The notes below the pieces were generated by a model. It did no database searches. It was not told the origin of the DNA and worked only from the letters and a program-made list of their open reading frames with translations. A program made the position numbers and the translations under genes. A stretch of DNA of 64,000 nt from the human T2T-CHM13v2.0 reference genome, Homo sapiens. Within the stretch, counting starts at the first letter, position 1. Each line of letters opens with the position of its first letter. Below are positions 34,074 through 64,000 of this stretch, piece by piece. The DNA lies in assembly GCF_009914755.1 (NCBI RefSeq), contig NC_060928.1. One strand, written 5' to 3'.

Positions 34074-35313
34074 TATACCATTGAGCAAAAGAAGCATCTA
34101 TTCCATATGCAATATATTTTGCTGGCTGTTCAGGCTGAATGGAAAGATCAGTAAAAGCTTTCCCTACCTCAGTGAATTTTATGAATGAAATGAGGATAAA
34201 ATATTTACACTGCACACACACAAAAAATAACATCTGTATCTCTATGAAGCAGGTAACAATGGCATAGGTTGCATTTAGCTGATAGAGAAATAATTTTAGT
34301 ATGTCATAAAGTTATCAGTAGTTGCCATTAATACAAAATTTCTTTTAGTTTAAGTCTATTACTTGTTCAATTATTTCTATTTATAATTACATATTCACCT
34401 ATAATTTTCAGAACTTTTGACTCCAGTGGAACTTTATTTTATTTTTTACTTTATTTTATTTTATTTTTGTAGAGACGGGATCTTGCTCTGTTGCCCAGGC
34501 TGGGCTCAAACTCCTGGCCTCAAGCAGTCCTCCCACCTTGGCCTCCCAAAGTGCGGGGATTACAGGCAGGAGCCACTGTGCCCGGCCTCCAGTGGAAATA
34601 TGAATAGCAGTATTTAAATTCTACACAATCTATAATGCAGGGTGTATGAATGAGGAAACTATGACGACTTCTAAATAGGAGATATCCTATTATACATATA
34701 TATTTTATGTATATATATTTCTTAGAGCAATCGCTAAGAAAAATATTTCTTTAATGTGTAGAGATTTGCTGACAACTGAACTACTCTTTGTCTTCATTTT
34801 ATGCAATTTTAATAATCATTCTTGGCACTTAAAGTCAATCAGTGAGAGAACGGAAAAGAGGTGAAATTCAACTATAGTAGTGAGTTTCAATTTATAGTTT
34901 TGCTAATCACACTTCGTTTTTGTTTTTTTTTTTTTTTTTGAGATGGAGTCTCGCTCTATTGCCCTGTCTCTGTTGTAGAGCCACAGTTTCACCATGTTGG
35001 CCAGGCTGGTCTCAAACTCCTGATCTCAACTGATCCACCCGCCTCGGCCTCCCAAACTGTTAGGATTACAGGCGTGAGCCACCACGCCTGGCACACACTC
35101 TTAAACTAAAACATTTTCTTACAAATGTCTAGAGAATCGGCTGGGTGCAGTGGCTCACACCTGTAATCCCAGCACTTTGGGAGGCCAAGGCAGGCAGATC
35201 ACCTGAGGTCGGGAGTTCAAGACCAGCCTGACCAACATGGAGAAACCCCATCTCTACTAAAAATACAAAATTAGCTGGGCGTGGTGGCGCATGCCTGTAA
35301 TCCCAGCTACTCA

Positions 35314-35418
<105 letters not shown>

Positions 35419-35484
35419 TCAAAAAAAAATGTCTAGAGAATCTCAGGTATTAGTGATAAACTGTATTTACTTTATCAAGTGCTT

Positions 35485-35560
35485 ACCACCATCCAGAGCT
35501 AATGATAATATTTATATGAAGCACCACCATCCAGAGCTAATGTTAATAGTTATATGAAGC
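35485..35560 (+). repeat. 38-bp tandem duplication (2 copies, 2 mismatches)
   Basis: ACCACCATCCAGAGCTAATGATAATATTTATATGAAGC / ACCACCATCCAGAGCTAATGTTAATAGTTATATGAAGC. Confidence 0.9.
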
Positions 35561-35840
35561 CATCAACGCAGGTGTAATATTTTAAAATGTAGAGTCCAAA
35601 GCACTTACCTTATTTGTACTAAAACAAAGTTAGCTCTCTTCATAGCAACTAACAATTTAAATGGATATGTTAAAAGTATTGTTTATATCCTGTTGTGGTC
35701 ATGAACCAGATTTTATCTGAGTAAGATTTTTGCCGTATATTTTATAGAAGATGTGAATGTATTGGGATTCCTTTTTTATGCCTTTCCTACTTTAATCTGT
35801 GTTTATTTGTAAAATTTTATTAATTTATTTATTTATTTGA

Positions 35841-36035
<195 letters not shown>

Positions 36036-37822
36036 TAGGCTAGTCTGGAACTCCTGACCTCAAACAACCCGCCCAACTCTGCCCTCCAGAGTGCTGGGAT
36101 TACAGGCGTGAGCCACCACACCGGATGTATTTGTAAAATTTTAAAACGTCTAATATACACTACTCCGTATAAACTGATGATCATATTTAATTCTATTTAA
36201 ACTTCATGTCAAGAAAGACAACATGTGAGATTTCCATGAAAGTTCAAAATGTTTTTTTTTTTTTTTTTTTTTTGAGACTGAGTCTCGCTCTGTCGGCTCA
36301 CTGCAAGCTCCGCCTCCCGGGTTCACACCATTCTCCTGCCCCAGCCTCTCAAGCAGCTGGAACTACAGGCACCCGCCACCATGCCCGGCTAATTTTTTGT
36401 ATTTTTAGTAGAGACGGGGCAAAATGTATTTTTATCACAAACATTGCTGAAATATGAATGAGAATTCCGGGCATACCTTCTCATAGCATTTCAGGTTTTC
36501 AGAGGTCCTAAGGGTCTGGAACATCCACGTATGTGATCATCCCTAATATAGCAGCAGTTCTCAAGTAACTGAGGGTAGCTTTTTATTTGCTATGCCTCAC
36601 ATTATTTCTGCAAAACAACAACAAAAACAACAACACAAATCCTGGAATTCCTTTGGCTTGTAGGACTGAAAAAAGATTAATCATAAAATCTACTATCACT
36701 GCAAAGTGCTGATGGAATTCCTGTCACTCTGTTCATACACACCCATAAAATTGCCAATGAATATTTTAGGAATTAATCCATGACTTGAGACACATTAGAT
36801 ATGTAATCAAAGGAGTATGTCAACAGTAAAGTTATATGGTTTTTTTGCTATTTTAGATGTAAATGCTTCTTCTCACCTAAGTGAAGATACTGATTTACTT
36901 AGCAAAAACTTTGTTATTTCGGGCTATAAAAATTATTAGGCAAGTTTACATAAACTTAGCTTAGTCAAGCATAGTCATATTAAGAAGGTTAAATGGATAT
37001 CACTCAAGAATTAAGATAAATGACATAGTTAGTGCCCAATTTCCTAAATTAGAATATGTGTACTTTAATAGTGACAAATTATGATTTAATGATTATGTTC
37101 ATAAATGGATTATAAGGTCAACATCACCGGTCGAGACCTGCAGTCATCACGAACACAGAAAAGAGTAAGCTGCCTAATGGACTGTTGTCTGTAAGGAAAA
37201 TGTTCCAATAAACTCTGACAAAGCAGGACATGCTAATATTTATCCAGAGGGCAGAAAGTCACATTTGTTGTTGCACAGTGAAAATTCTATTGATTTCTGT
37301 TGACTTTCAAAAGTCTAGTGAAAGACAATGTGATTATTGTGCTTCTGAAAAAGATTTCAAAAGTGACTTTAAGAGTTATGTCTGTCACATGGATAAGTTA
37401 ACTAAGCCAGATATATTAACACTGAGAATTTACTTTGACCATTTCAGTTGTTTTTCACTTACACACGGTAGGAGTTAGACTGTAAGGAAGGACCAAAATT
37501 CAGATCATGCACTTTCTGACCAATATGCAACTTTTAATCATTTCAGGAGGGCTATGATTTATCTCTCTCTCTATGCTACAGAAAGAGCCATTTACTATAA
37601 GCATAATTCAATTATTCTCATGTTTAGAAACATACTAATAAAGATGTGAATGTAAATACTCTAAATTCGGGGGTAGAGTTTTTCATGGAATGTAAATTAT
37701 TCTTCCACCAGTGGTATATTTTTAAGGGTGGAGGGGCATGAAATAGATCCTACTTTCACAAAATTGGCTTTGTTGATAAAGTTTTCCCTGACAAACTCTC
37801 TCTTATTTTGCCCATTTTTTTG

Positions 37823-46806
<8,984 letters not shown>

Positions 46807-46932
46807 TTTGTCCCTTTTTTTTTTTTTTTTTTCCCCATAAGAGACTGGGTCTTGCTCAGCTCTGTCACCCAGGCTGAAGTGCAGTGGCATGATTATAGCT
46901 CACTGTGACATCAAGCACCTAGGCTCAAGTGA

Positions 46933-47175
<243 letters not shown>

Positions 47176-47564
47176 TAGTAAAGACAGGGTTTCACCGTGT
47201 TTGCCAGGATGGTTTCGATCTCCCAACCTCGTGATCCACCCACCTTGGCCTCCCAAAGCGCTGGGATTACAGGCGTGAGCCACTGTACCCGGCCCAGCCA
47301 ATTTTTTAATTGTATTTTTGTAGAGATGAGGTCTCGCTGTGTTACCCAGGCTGGTCTTCAACTCCTGGGCTCAAGCAGTTCTCCTTCCTGGGCCTTCCCA
47401 AAGTGCAGCATTACAGGTGTGAGCCACCGTGCCCAGCCCTGTTTTTTAACTTTTTGTTTGATTGTTTGTTTGTTTTTAGAGACAGGGCCTCACTCTATCA
47501 CCCAGGCTGGAGAGCAGTGGCACTATCATAGTCACTGTAGCCTCAAACTTTCGGGCTCAAGTGA

Positions 47565-47786
<222 letters not shown>

Positions 47787-47993
47787 TAATACACATGCAG
47801 AATAATAGTTAAGTCTTAAGTGATTTCCATTCTTATTTACCTCTCTGAGTTTTCATATTCACTTCAGTTTTGGACTTATAATTCCCTTCTGTGTCATATT
47901 TTTATTACTTTAAATAAAATTTTAAAATAGTTTATGAAAGATTAACTCCAGTGTTGAATTGCAATTGGAGGATATGATTTTTTTTTTTTTTGA

Positions 47994-48194
<201 letters not shown>

Positions 48195-48289
48195 TAACTC
48201 CTGACCTCAGGTGATCTGCCCACCTCAGCCTCCCAAAGTGCTGGGATCACAGCCGTGAGCCACCGCACCCAGCCGAGGACATGATTTTT

Positions 48290-50240
<1,951 letters not shown>

Positions 50241-50286
50241 TAGATAATCCAAAAATGGATGATGTACTTTTGACCCAACAGGATTA

Positions 50287-50439
<153 letters not shown>

Positions 50440-50442
50440 TTA

Positions 50443-50766
<324 letters not shown>

Positions 50767-51234
50767 TCAGAAAATTTGCATTATTTTCTGTCTAATGTAT
50801 AATATGCTTGTGAAGTTTCATTAAATATTTAAGAAGGATCCTTTGCAAAAAAAAAGTATAATTAACAAATTGTTAGGCCAGGTGCCGTGACTCACACCTG
50901 TAAGCCCAGCACTTTGGGAGGCCAAGGTGAGAGGATCGCTTAAGTCCAGGAGTTTGAGACCAGCCTGGCCAACAGGGTGAAACCCCATCTCTACCAAAAA
51001 TACAAAAAATTAGGTGGGCGTTGTGGTGCATGCATGTAGTCCCAGGTACTAGGGAGGCTGAGGCAGGAGGATCACTACAGCCTGAGAGGTGGAGGCTGCA
51101 GTGAGCCATGATCATCCTGACACTGCATTCCAGCCTGGGAAAGAGAGTGAGACCCTCTCTCAAAAAAAGAGAAAATTGTTAATAATCTGGAATTTAAGTC
51201 TCTATGATTTCAACAAAACACTTCTCCATGTTAA

Positions 51235-51381
<147 letters not shown>

Positions 51382-51479
51382 TAGGATTATAAGCATGGGC
51401 CACCACACCCGGCCTGAGAAAAATCTCCTGATGAAATACTTTTTCACTAAGTTTCAAGGACGTCAATGGGTTGGTTTTC

Positions 51480-52340
51480 TTCTTTGATAACCACTCCTTC
51501 TCAGATGGTCATGTTCATTGTTCCTGGTTTTCCTGTCTTCTTAATACTTAATTGCCCTAGAACTCGTTTCTATACTCACTACTTAGTGATCTCATCCAAT
51601 CTCATAGCATTATATACCATCTGAATACTGACATTTCCAAATTCCTATCAACTGCTAATTTTTCCCATGAACTTCAGACTTACATATCCGTTTCCCAACT
51701 TCACATTTCCATTTGGCCGCCTAATAAATATATCAAAGTTATATCCCCAAAACTAAACTCCTGATCTTCCTTCACAAGCCTGCATCTCAACTCAACTGAT
51801 AATACCTCCATCCTTCCATTTGCTCAGGCTGAAAACTTTGAAGTAATCCTCTCCTCCTCTCCTCTCCTCTCTCTCTCCACACACACAAACATATGCACAC
51901 ATTCATATTTAAACCATCAGCAAATTCTATTGGCTCAATCTCCAAGACACAGCCAAAATCCAACAATTTTCACTGCCTCCAATACTACCTACAGGTCCAA
52001 GCTACCATCGTCTGCATCTCGTTATTATCTCTTTACTGATATCCCTGATTCTGCTTTTGTTCCCCTTACAGTACACTCTGAACATGGCATCCAGAGTGAT
52101 TCTTATATAATGTAAGTTAGATCATATCACTCTTTCGGCTGAAAACTCTCCAGTGCTCTTCTTTTCACTAAGAGTCTAAGACAAATTCCTGCCCATATCC
52201 CTGTACCATCTGACCCGTTACCTCTCTGTACTTACTGTCTGCCATTCGCTCATTCCACTGCAGCCACACCGACCTCTTACTTCCTGAAGGTGCCGGACGT
52301 GCTTCTACTTCGAGGGTTTTTCACTCACTCCTCATTATTT
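51480..52340 (+). mobile_element. L2 fragment
   Basis: GTGATCTCATCCAATCTCAT...TACCATCT...AAACTAAACTCCTGATCTTCC...CCAGAGTGAT...TCATATCACTC resembles L2. Confidence 0.7.
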
Positions 52341-52975
52341 CCCTACTGTGATCTGTACATACCATCACCACCCCGACCACAGTAAAATCTACTCACAATA
52401 AATATGACCAAGCACCAGCACCATGAGACTCAGCAGAAACAAACAGACAAAACAGATTTAGAGTCCAAATGATTTACAATTCAGAATATGGAATAGCCAC
52501 ATGTGACATACTTATGGACGTAATCACAAAGAGAACATTATCTGTTGGCCTTCAGCACAGGAAACAGAAATCACTCCAAGTATTTCATTCAAAAAAGTGT
52601 TTTGTTTTTGTTTTGTTTTGTTTTCAGGAAATTTGGTACTTAACATGGTTGGGGCGGGGCAGGGCGCAGGAACGGAAGGAACAATGCCAGACACCATCAC
52701 TAGACTTTTGGCTTTAAGGTCACACTTAGAAGGTACAACTGCTGTTGCTACTGTCACTGCCACTGCCACAACCTCTGCGTGCTCATGAATCTGGAGACAT
52801 TCCATGGGATGTGGAACTGGCTCCTGAAAACTCTCAGGCATACCAGAGAGGACCCTTCAGCCTCCATCACCACAGGAAGCATCACCTCTGTTTCCCTCAA
52901 AAGTTTATATGAAAATGATCCACAATCTAGAACCCTGAAACCAGCCAAACAAACACATGTGTGGGAAGAAAAATA

Positions 52976-52976
<1 letters not shown>

Positions 52977-53015
<39 letters not shown>
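52977..53015 (+). repeat. (ATT)13 microsatellite forming the tail of minus-strand Alu 52977-53293
   Basis: Perfect ATT run; TSD AAAAATACATT. Confidence 0.9.
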
Positions 53016-53019
53016 TTGA

Positions 53020-53121
<102 letters not shown>

Positions 53122-54055
53122 TGAATAGCTGAGATTACAGCACGCACCACCACACCCAGCTAATTTTTGTACTTTTAGTAGAGACGGGGTTTCATCATAT
53201 TGGTCAGGCTAGTCTTGAACTCCTGACCTCGTGATTTGCCCGCCTTGGCCTCCCAAAGTGCTGGGATTACAGGCATGAGCCACTGCGCCCAGTCAAAAAA
53301 TACATTTTTTAAAAAATGTGTTTCCTCTGTAATTTTTCTCAGGAAACTATTGGAAAATATGTTTTATCAAAATGTGGGGTAAACAAAGAAGAGGCAGATA
53401 TGGAAAACAGAAAACAGGCGACCCAGCACAGGAGAAAAAAGAAGGGAATCCCCAAATCACAGACGTGCATAAGCGGGAGAGGGCAAACTGTCTGGACTAC
53501 AGCAGTGTCACTCAAGGGACAGGCACAGTAATACTTGTCGCCACTATACCCTCTGGCCAAAGCTACTGGAACATACGCTCCATGAAAATGACACAGTAAA
53601 CCAAGAAAAATGAAATCATTCAAAGAACAGAATTCAGATTAGGAGGAATTCCTAAAATACCAGCAAAGGGAAGTCTCAAGAGGACTAATAGGCAACTGAG
53701 AGCAGGCATAGGACATTACTAGATAGAGGGAAACAAAGATCTCCAGGAGAGAACTAAAACGAATATATGTATAGAGGACGTGGACCTTGTGAGAAATTGT
53801 ACCAAAAGCTACTGGCAGGCATGAGAAGATTTAGTAACAGATGCAAATATGACTAAGCAAATCAAAAAACAAGGCAATTGGCCGGGTGCAGTGGCTCACA
53901 CCTATAATCCCAGCACTTTGGGAGGCTGAGGCAAGTGGATCACTTGAGGTCAGGAGTTCGAGACCAGCCTGGCCAACATGGTAAAACCCCGTCTCTATTA
54001 AAAATACAAAAATTAGCCAGGCATGGTGGTGCACACCTGTAATCCTAGCTACTCA

Positions 54056-54163
<108 letters not shown>

Positions 54164-54426
54164 TTAAAAAACAAAAACGAAAACAAAAACACAGCAATTA
54201 TTAAACTATAGGAAAAACAAAAAAGTAAAAAATAAGACATAAAGTACATTATAATACTCAGCATTGAATAATGTTTATATAAACATAATTTAGAGTCTAA
54301 ATATTTATTTAACTACAAAAGTAGACTTTTTTTTTTTTTACCAATACGAAATGATTGTATAAGAAAGCCAAATCTTTATCTACAATAATAGGAAATCAAT
54401 TGACAAAATCTAAAATTGATGAGTTA

Positions 54427-54735
<309 letters not shown>

Positions 54736-55049
54736 TTAATGAGATGAAAGATGGTATCTCCATATTACAGAAAGTATAAATATGGAGATATTTGACTGCA
54801 CAAAACTGAAAAAAACTTTTGCACATGTAAAATATTAAAAGTTAAATAATGTTCTAAAATTGATTGGTGATGGTAGTGCAACTCTGTGAATATACCAAAA
54901 AACATTGAATTTAACACTGTCAGTGGACGAATTGTTTGGTTTGGGGATTATAGCTCAATAAAGCTGTTAAAAAACAAATTATTGGGAGAAAATATATGCA
55001 TGTATATCAAACAAGAGATTTAATCATATATATATATATAAAGAACTCC

Positions 55050-55640
55050 TTCCAAGATACAGAATCAACCTAGGTGTCCATCAGAAGATGAGTAGATGAA
55101 GAAAATGTGGTATATGTAACAAATGGAATACTATTCAGCCATAAAAAGAACTAAATCCTGCCATTCTCAGCAACATGGATGAGTCTGGAGGTCATTATGT
55201 TAAGTGAAATAAGTCAGGCACCAAAAGACAAATACCACATGTTCTCACTCATATGTGGGAGCTAAAAAAAATTGTTTTGATCTCACAGTAGTAGAAAGTA
55301 GAATAGTGGTTACCAGAGACTGGGAAGGGTAGTGGGCAGAGGAGATAGGGAGAGATTGGTTAAAGTATACAGAATTACAGCTAGGTAGGAGGAATAAGTT
55401 CTAGTGTTCTATAGAAATGGAGGGTGACTATAGCTAAAATAATTTATTGTATATTTTCAAATAGCTAGAATGGAGGATTTTGGAGGTTCCCAGCATAAAG
55501 AAATGATAAATGTTTGAGGTGATGGATATGCTAATTACCCTGATTTGATTATAACACATTATATACATATATTGAACTATTATTTTGTACCCCATAAGTG
55601 TGTACAACTATTGTGCGTCAATTGAAATTCTTTAAAAAGA
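55050..55640 (+). mobile_element. L1MA-type 3' end
   Basis: CAACCTAGGTGTCCATCA...ATGGAATACTATTCAGCCATAAAAAGAA...GGAGGAATAAGTTCTAGTGTTCTATAG...GATGGATATGCTAATTACCCTGATTTG. Confidence 0.8.
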
Positions 55641-56369
55641 TAATCAAGCCAGCCCAGTGGCATGCGCCTGCAGTCCAAGCTATTCGGGAGGCTGAAGCAG
55701 GAGGATCAGTTGAGCTCAGGAGTTCAAGTCCAGCACAGGCGACATAGCAAGACCTAATTTCTGAAGATAAAAATAGTTTTGTAATAAAAAAAGTTAAGAA
55801 AAATGAAAAAAAAAAGAACTAGATGATCTCCAAGATCCCTTCCAGCTGCAAAATTCTGTCATTGTACAAAGCACTATGAAGTAGTGCTTTGAATATAGAA
55901 TTCCTGGAGTATATATGTCTGCCCCACTCATTTAATACTTGGCAGATACTATATTTTGTATTCTTAAACTTTTATAATTTTTATTATGTTTTCTTCTTAA
56001 AATGTAAATTCCATCTGGGTGCAGTGGCTCACGCGTGTAATCCCAGCACTTCGGGAGGACAAGGCGGGTGGATTGCTTGACATTAGGAGTTCGAGGCCAG
56101 CCTGGCCAACATGGTGAAACCCCATCTCTACTAAAAATATAAAAATTAGCTGGGCGTGGTGGTGCATGCCTGTAGTCTCAGCTGCTCAGGAGGCTGAGGC
56201 AGGAGAATTGCTTGAACCCGGGAAGTAGAGGTTGGAGTGAGCCAAGATCATGCCACTGCACTCCAACCTGGGCAACAGAGTGAGACTATGCCTCAAAAAA
56301 AGAGAGAAAATAATAGTAATAATAATAAAATGTAAATTCCTTAAATTTACATTGCTTAACATGGCCTCT

Positions 56370-57291
<922 letters not shown>

Positions 57292-57471
57292 GCCCTCAAT
57301 ATAGTAAAATATTCAATAAATACTTAATAATCGTTTAGAAAAGATGAAGTCCCTATCCTGATTCACTAAGTTGTAATAAATATTTCATAAATTCATCATC
57401 TGTTTTCATAAATATTTGAGAATTCTCTAAGAGTATTTTTTTCTTTTTCCTTCTTTCTTCCTTTTTTTTGA

Positions 57472-57624
<153 letters not shown>

Positions 57625-58397
57625 TAATTTTTGTATTTTCAGTAGAGACAGGGTTTAACCATGTTGGCCAGGCTGGTCTCAAGCTCCTGGCCTCAAGTGA
57701 TCCACCCGCCTTGGCCTCCCAATATGCTGCGATTACAGGCGTGAGCCAACATACCCGGCCTCCAGGTAATTTTTGTATTTTTTGTAGATGGGATTTCACC
57801 ATATTGCCCAGGCTGGTCTTGAACTCCTGAGCTCAAGTGATCCACCCACATGGCCTCCCAAAGTGCTGGGATTACAGGTGTGAGCCACCACGCCCAGACT
57901 AAGCCACGGTATTAAGTCATCACTATCATAAAGATTTCTTCATATGCAGGTTTTGCTTATTGATTGATTGATTGAGACAGGGTGTCACTCTGTCGCCCAG
58001 GCTGGAGTGCAATGGTGCAATCTCGGCTCACTACAACCTCCACCTCCTGGTTTCAAGCAATTCTCCTGCCTCAGCCTCCTGAGTAGTTGGGATTACAGGC
58101 ATGAGCCACTCTACCCGGCCTCATTTATTTTTAAAAAAAGAAATTTTTTATTATGGTAAAATATTCATAACACAGGCTGGGCGCGGTGGCTCACATCAGT
58201 AATCTCAGCACTTTGGGAGGCCAAGGCAGGCGGATAACGAGGTCAGGAGTTCGAGCCTGGCTAACACAGTGAAACTCCATTTTTACTAAAAATACAAAAA
58301 ATAGGCTGGGCGCGGTGGCTCACGCCTGTAATCCTAGCACTTTGGGAGGCCAAGGCGGGTGGATCACGCGGTCAGGAGATCGAGACCATCCTGGCTA

Positions 58398-58792
<395 letters not shown>

Positions 58793-59249
58793 TTATTATT
58801 TAGCTATTTTTAGGTATACAGGTCAGTGGCATTAAGTACATTCATACTGTTGTGCAACCATCACTGCTATTTATCATTAAAACTTTTTCATTCTTTCAAA
58901 CTGAAACTCTACCCATTCAACACTAACTCTACTGCCCATTCCCTCCTCCCTCCAGCCCCTGGCAACAAGCATCCTAGTTTCTGTCTTTATGAATTGAATT
59001 TGACCTCTCTAGGTACGTCACATAAGCAGATTCATACAGTGTTTGTCCTTTTGTGTCTGGTTTATTTCACTTAGCATAATGTCTTCAAGGTTAATCCATG
59101 TTGTAGAATGTGTCAGAATTTCATTCCTTTTTAAAGCTAAAAAATATTTGTGTGTATACCACATTTTGTTTATCTAATCGTCAGTCATTGGACATTTTGG
59201 GTTGTTTCCACCTTTTGGCTACCGTGAATAATACTACTATGAACATTAG

Positions 59250-59507
<258 letters not shown>

Positions 59508-60777
59508 TAAGTGATCTGCCCGCCTCAGCCTCCCAAAGTGTTGGGATTACAGGTGTGAGACACCGCACCCGGACATTTTTTAAATTTGTGATAAAGACAG
59601 GGTCTTGTTATGTTGAGCAAGCTGGTCTCCAATTCCTGGGCTAAAGTGATCCTCCCACCTCAGCCTCTCAAAGTGCTGAGACATGCTCCTGGCAAAGTCC
59701 CTGGTTTCCATTCTTTGGGGTACCTACCCAGAAGGAGAACTGCTGGATCATATGGTAATTCTGTTTAATTTTTTGAGGAACTACCATACCCTCTTCCACA
59801 ATGGCTGCACCATTTTATATTCCCACCAGCATGGCACAAACATTGTAATTTCTCCTTATCTTTTCCAAAACTTATTATTTTCTGGGTTTTAAAAAATAAT
59901 CATAGTCATCATAATGGATGTGAAATTATGTTATTGTTATCTACATGTGTTCTCATTTAATCAGCTTAATGAACTTGCTCTGAAAATGTTCATTTCTTGC
60001 ATTTTCTCATGTGAAATCTGAAATCATTTAGTGATAAATTATTGCTCACTAGCAAATAAATATTCAGTACACTTTATTTTTATTCCTTTTCTTTTTTAAG
60101 GAAAAGTTACTTCAGTCCTAGAGTACACTTTTTTTTTTTTTTTTTTTTTTTTTTGGAGACAGAGTCTTGCTCTGTCACCCAGGCTGGAGTGCAATGGTAC
60201 AATCTCTGCTTACTGCAACCTCCACCTCCCGATTCAAGCAATTCTTCTGCCTCAGCCTCCCAAGTAGCTAGGACTACAGGTGCACGCCACCACGCCCAGC
60301 TAATTTTTATATTTTTAGTAGAGATGGGGTTTCACCATATTGGCCAGGCTAGTCTTGAACTCCTGATCTCATGATCCACTCCCCTCGGCCTCCCAAAGTG
60401 CTGGGATTACAGGCATGAGCCACCTCGCCCAGCTAGAGTACATATTTTAAAACTTAGCCTTTGTTGAGAAGCTTCTTTTTTTCCTTTTTTGAGAAAATCT
60501 CACTCTGTCACCCAGGCTGGAGTTTGGTGGCACAGTCATGGCTCACTGCAGCCTCAACTTCCCAGGCTCAAGTGATCCTCCCACTTTAGCCTCCCTAGTA
60601 GATAGGACCGCAAGTGTGCACCACCATGTCCAGCTAATTTTTTATTTTTATTTTTTGTAGAGGTGGGGTCTCACCATGTTATCCAGACTGGATTTTGTCT
60701 TTTTAATTTCAAATTTCAATCGTTCATTGCTGGCATATAAGAAAACAATTGACTCTTGTGTATTAATCCTGCATCTT

Positions 60778-60877
60778 GTGCTCACTTTGGAAACAGATTT
60801 ACTAAAATTGGAATGATACAGAGAAGATTAGCATAGCCTCTGTGCAAGGATAGAGTTGTGAAGCATTCTTTATGTGT
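60778..60877 (+). pseudogene. U6 snRNA retro-pseudogene
   Basis: GTGCTCACTTTGGAAACAGATTTACTAAAATTGGAATGATACAGAGAAGATTAGCATAGCCTCTGTGCAAGGAT...GTGAAGCATTC aligns to U6 from nt 1, including the ACAGAGA box, with many substitutions and a small deletion. Confidence 0.93.
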
Positions 60878-60954
60878 CTTCAGCTTGGGCAAGAGTGACA
60901 CCCTATCTCTGAAAAAAAAAAAAAGATTTGTGAAGCATTCTTTATTTGTCTTCA

Positions 60955-61790
<836 letters not shown>

Positions 61791-62383
61791 AAGCTGAAAT
61801 CCAAGAGAACTTGCCACCTGCCCATTTGGAAACCACCACAAAGTAATCAACTGCAACACATTCTTTGACACAAGAAGGGGATTAGAAAAAAGGGTTGCTT
61901 CGAGAGTTTAGTGGCAGACTTCATACTTTTTAATTAAAAAAAACACATTTTGTTTTTACCAAAAAAAAAAAATCTTGTATCTTGCATCCTTGCTGTAATC
62001 ACTTATTAGTGCCAGGATTCTTTGGTTGGTTCTTTAGAAGTTTTTACATAGACAATCATTATCATCTGTGAACAAACACAGTTTTGTTCGTTGCTTCCCT
62101 TTCTGTATGTTTTATTTCTTTTGTTGCTGTTGTTTTACTGCATTAGCTACAACTTCCAGCGTAATGTTGAATAGAGGTGATGAGAACAGACATCCTTGTC
62201 TTATTCCTAATCTTAGTAGGAAAGTATCTAGTTTCTCCAATAGACTTTATTTTTAAGAGGCAAGGTCTTACTATGTTGTCCAGGCTGGAGTGCCGTGGCG
62301 AGTCACAGGCGCAATTATACTGCACTAAAGCCTCGAACTCCTTGCTCATACAATCCTCTTGCCTAAGCCTCCCAAGTAGCTAG

Positions 62384-62810
<427 letters not shown>

Positions 62811-63329
62811 TAAATATACAAAAGAAGAAAAATAACTATAACCCTTAGCTCACCGTCCAAACACAATATGGCAAAATGTGGGCATTTTCTTATAATTTCT
62901 ATATGTGGTTATTGTTCTAATGGTTTTTTAAGTATTTTAATGCTACTATATATTCTCTGAAAATGTTACTGACTCTACAACATTTCATGAATATTCAAAT
63001 GAATATTCCATGCCTTAGATAAGTATTCCCCTATAGATGGATCTTTAAATTATTTATAATTTTCCTCTGTTATAAATAATATTGCTATAAAAATATTTTT
63101 GCATGGAGGACTTTATATATTTAGAAACAATTCATTACAATATATTTCAGAAATTCTTGAATCAAAAAATTTTAGGTTCATGGTATATTGGAAAATTACT
63201 TTCCATGTGGTCGGACACAGTGGCTCAGGCTTGTAATCCCAGTACTTTGGGGGGCTGAAGCAGGTGGATCACTTGAGGTCAGGTGTTCAAAACCAGCCTG
63301 GCCAACACAGTGAAATCCCATCTCTACTA

Positions 63330-63503
<174 letters not shown>

Positions 63504-63612
63504 CTACTTGAGAGGCTGAGGCAGGAGAATTGGTTGAACCCAGGAGCCAGAGGTTGAAGTGAGCTGAGATCACGTCACTGCATTCCAGCCTGGGCGACAG
63601 AGCAACACTCTA

Positions 63613-63667
<55 letters not shown>

Positions 63668-63736
63668 TACATACACACACATATATACTTTTCATGAGTA
63701 TTGTGCAAACTTACATTGCAATCAACAATCTAATCA

Positions 63737-64000
<264 letters not shown>

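Noticed and set aside
60778-60877. Functional U6 gene
   Set aside because: Many substitutions and a deletion, no upstream TATA/PSE, embedded in L1 with retro-insertion hallmarks.

Overview
Human/primate genomic DNA, Alu-dense. The left half holds the 5' end of RFC1 (replication factor C subunit 1) on the minus strand. Its CpG-island promoter lies at ~27.6-28.25 kb, and coding exons 1-4 (27881-27883, 13001-13129, 7054-7129, 3998-4120) splice through GT-AG introns into MDIRKFFGVIPSGKKLVSETVKK...RQDPVTYISET. Intron 2 contains an Alu whose A-tail has become (AAAAG)11 (10078-10132). This is the CANVAS repeat-expansion locus, here in the benign reference-type configuration, and it is nested Alu-in-MaLR-in-L1. 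The right half is intergenic and made mostly of transposable elements: a Tigger4 remnant, a full-length THE1A provirus with TSD, a near full-length L1MA, L2, MLT1 LTRs and many Alus. It also holds an apparent U6-headed chimeric retro-insertion with poly(A) signal, tail and TSD (60778-61972). Almost all ORFs in the supplied track are spurious translations of repeats. Repeat subfamily names are recalled by eye and repeat boundaries are approximate unless a TSD is quoted.
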